Source: a bacterium (GTDB lineage Bacteria > SAR324 > XYD2-FULL-50-16 > G965216635). From it: a DNA stretch of 64,000 bases. This document shows positions 61,595 through 64,000 of this stretch, in pieces. Under the pieces are notes generated by a model that searched no databases, was not told where the DNA came from, and was given only the letters and a program-made list of their open reading frames with translations. The stretch's first letter is position 1, and each line of letters opens with the position of its first letter. Location of the stretch: contig OZ244188.1 in NCBI GenBank assembly GCA_965216635.1, positions 864,001-928,000 of the forward strand. Direction: 5' to 3'. The translations under genes were made by a program, and so were the position numbers.

Positions 61595-62395
61595 TTATTT
61601 TAATTCTAAAACTTTCAATGAAGTTTTTGCAACATTAAACACAATGGGTAACATTTCTTTAATTGTCCAACTTGTTGCCTTGGTAAATATTGATGCTGCT
61701 TGTAGCATTATTGTTTTATTATCAGAAATAATAAAAATATTTTCACAACAATTTTTATTTATTGGCATACTGTAATTGGCAGCAGTTATTCTATCAATCC
61801 TATTCAATGATCCAACATTGTGTCGCAATTTTACAATACGACCATCTGGTCTTGAAACAGATTTGACTTTAGTAAGAAAGTTTGAACCTTGTAAAAATAA
61901 AACATAAGGAAAATACTTCTCATTAATCATAATATTTCTGATTTCATTTATGTTTTTGTGTGACCGCTCAATAGCATTTCCAGCCACCATAATATCTTCA
62001 TCATTATTTTTACCTACTAAAATACCTTTTTTAATATTTTCAATATCCTTTCCTTGATGTTTTGCTTCTGACACAAGGACAATTCTCCACTGATTATTTT
62101 TATCTTTAACTTCTATAATCCCTCCATCTGGTTTAATAGCGGCGTTATTGACAAAGATTGTGACACCTAAACGTTTGTCTATAGTATTTAGCTTCTTATT
62201 AATTTCATTCTTTTCAATTTTGTTTCGATAGCGGAACTCCAAGAGTGGAAATTCATTTTTAAGTGATTCAAGAATCAATTTTGATAAATTTTTTACTGAA
62301 ATGTCATGCAATTGTGCCGAAATGCCAAAAATTCCTATAGTGCCTTTACTTTGTACGTGCTGTTTACTCAGTCTATCTGTCTGTTTTTTTCCCAT
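61595..62395 (-). CDS. EcoRI/RsrI-family type II restriction endonuclease (predicted site GAATTC)
   Basis: 'IKPDGGI', 'LVSEAKHQGKD', 'AGNAIERSHKNI', 'FPYVLFL.GSNF' match EcoRI signature segments. Confidence 0.92.
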   Translation of the reverse strand: MGKKQTDRLSKQHVQSKGTIGIFGISAQLHDISVKNLSKLILESLKNEFPLLEFRYRNKIEKNEINKKLNTIDKRLGVTIFVNNAAIKPDGGIIEVKDKNNQWRIVLVSEAKHQGKDIENIKKGILVGKNNDEDIMVAGNAIERSHKNINEIRNIMINEKYFPYVLFLQGSNFLTKVKSVSRPDGRIVKLRHNVGSLNRIDRITAANYSMPINKNCCENIFIISDNKTIMLQAASIFTKATSWTIKEMLPIVFNVAKTSLKVLELK

Positions 62396-62433
62396 ATGAT
62401 TTGGTTAACTCATGCAAATAACTAGTTTTTTAA

Positions 62434-63396
62434 TCATGCAACGTTTTTATTTTTAAAAGTTGATTTAGAAATTTCACTCATAGCAGTATCCATGTCTATA
62501 TTCTTTAAAATAGTATATGGCTTGATTAATAGGTTATTAATCTGTAATAAATGAAATTGGAAATATTCATTTAGCATTGGATTGTTATCTACTAATAATG
62601 AATTCCTTCCTTCTTCGATGCAAACACGCCCTGTTGTTCCAGAGCCCGCAAAAAAATCTAAAACTGTAGCTCCAGGATATGATAATCCACGGACAAATCT
62701 ACGAATTATTTCAACGGGTTTTTGCGTCGGATGTCCAACCCTTTCCTTAGAGTTACCATTCAATCTACTTATCTCCCATACATTCGTAGGATTTTTTCCC
62801 TTATCCACGCTTTCAGGATTTAAACGCTTATCTTTTTTATATAATTTTTTGGTTACCTCATCATATGGATTTCTTACTGAATCTAAGTCAAAATAATATT
62901 TTTTTGTTTTTGATAACCAAATTGCCTCTTCATGTCTATTCGCAAAGAATCGGTGCGCACTCATACCATTTTTGTAATACCAAATTATCAAATTCACAAA
63001 CCGAAGATCTGTTGAGTGTCTAGTATAGTAAAGTATTTCTAATAGGTCACCTTTTTTAAGGTCTTGATATTGAAACCCACCAAATATTACACAATTACCA
63101 GAATTTGACAATATACGATATATTTCGTCCAGCCATGTTTTAGCCCATTCAAGATAGTTTTCAAAAGTATCCCAATAGTCTAAGTCTAAGTTATAAGGAG
63201 GGTCAATTAATATTAATTGAATGGAGGCGTCAGGTATACGCTTTAAAGATTTTACAGCATCCTTGATAAATAACGCATGAACAGTTTTTTCAATTTTGTG
63301 TGATGACGTGTCTATGGCGGCACTATGACTAATTCCACATTTTTTTTGATTGTTTATTGTAATGTGACCTTTATTGAAGTGAGATTTATTTGGCAT
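62434..63396 (-). CDS. Beta-class N6-adenine DNA methyltransferase, M.RsrI-like
   Basis: DPPY precedes DFFAGSG. 'NGMSA.RFFANRHEE', 'KDKRLNPESV.KG.NPTNVW', 'RLNGNS.ERVGHPTQKP' match M.RsrI as I recall it. Confidence 0.92.
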   Translation of the reverse strand: MPNKSHFNKGHITINNQKKCGISHSAAIDTSSHKIEKTVHALFIKDAVKSLKRIPDASIQLILIDPPYNLDLDYWDTFENYLEWAKTWLDEIYRILSNSGNCVIFGGFQYQDLKKGDLLEILYYTRHSTDLRFVNLIIWYYKNGMSAHRFFANRHEEAIWLSKTKKYYFDLDSVRNPYDEVTKKLYKKDKRLNPESVDKGKNPTNVWEISRLNGNSKERVGHPTQKPVEIIRRFVRGLSYPGATVLDFFAGSGTTGRVCIEEGRNSLLVDNNPMLNEYFQFHLLQINNLLIKPYTILKNIDMDTAMSEISKSTFKNKNVA

Positions 63397-63504
63397 TGTT
63401 GTAGATTTTTTTATCAGTTTTGGTTCATATTATCTAACATTCAAATTCAGCAATAGCATATTGCTACCCGCTAAAATGATTTTTAGTTATTTGGACTTAC
63501 TGAA

Positions 63505-63755
63505 ATTTTTTGAATTAGACATTATAGGAAAACTAGGCAAGACGCGAAAGTTTTTTATTACGAGGAATATCGTAGTGCCACAATAATGGGACCAGGCACT
63601 ACAAAACTTGCATAATGCAAAAAATAAATGTAAAAGAGCCAGCGGCTCTTTTACTATATTCTTTACTTTATCTTATGCAATAAGACAAGTATTTTGAGAA
63701 ATAAAAAACTTGAGCAACGCTGCATAGGCTAAACAGAATGCAAATTCAAAGATTT
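63505..63755. mobile_element. MITE-like palindromic element copy with nested hairpin modules
   Basis: Outer parts are the reverse complement of the 2182 copy interior. The centre carries the GTAGTGCC..GGCACTAC and AAAAGAGCC..GGCTCTTTT modules. It ends GCAAATTCAAAGATTT. Confidence 0.75.
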
Positions 63756-64000
63756 TATTTTTTTATACAGCGCCAAGGAACTATAGAACCCACACCAAAT
63801 AAGGCGATAGTAATCATCAACCACCAGCCTAGCCACGGGATACTAGCTATAAGCACAGTGCTTATAACACTCATTACTGATACAATCGCAATATTCAGTG
63901 TAGTTACAGGAATGTTTCCTCGTAATTTTTGCCAAATATAACAAATGATAAAATAATTTCCCAACAAATAGCCTACACAACACAGGATAACAGTAGCTAA
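63755..64000 (-). CDS. 3' end of a membrane protein (runs off the window)
   Basis: Frame is open to base 64000. Hydrophobic helices 'LIASIPWLGWWLMITIALFGVGSIV'. Confidence 0.55.
   Translation of the reverse strand, partial: LATVILCCVGYLLGNYFIICYIWQKLRGNIPVTTLNIAIVSVMSVISTVLIASIPWLGWWLMITIALFGVGSIVPWRCIKK

Overview
AT-rich bacterial chromosome segment from a diderm organism (MlaE, lipoproteins, a probable outer-membrane protein). A deltaproteobacterial/SAR324-like host is my guess only. Housekeeping genes (pgk-tpiA-gor, uppP, carAB, ClC channel, M16 peptidase, murJ, rpe, thrS, ilvD, gap, HU, mlaE-cdaA-cdaR, aceEF) are interleaved with accessory DNA. The main accessory block is a defence island at about 25.0-38.6 kb. 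In order it holds: a PLD-nuclease/SNF2 helicase; an AlbA_2(Schlafen)-ATPase-HTH gene; a 1.6-kb array of 45 units (mostly 34-36 bp) with about 90 GACGCC motifs; a type IIG-like N6-adenine methyltransferase; an M15-like gene; gene remnants; a Ser/Thr kinase fused to an uncharacterised domain with a TGT-like CxCxxC...H motif and broken by one in-frame TAA; a coupled PD-(D/E)XK-like gene; and an orphan HicB. Elsewhere there are a Fic gene preceded by a 14x41-bp palindromic array, a RhuM-Fic gene with an apparent internal deletion, a 3xGT25 + 3xGT2 mosaic glycosyltransferase cluster, and an RsrI/EcoRI-like R-M system. About nine copies of a modular, nested MITE-like palindromic element lie in intergenic spaces. 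Several accessory genes are bracketed by 45-100 bp direct repeats of neighbouring host sequence. I saw no rRNA, tRNA, CRISPR array, transposase or integrase. All family calls come from motif recognition by eye, not database searches.
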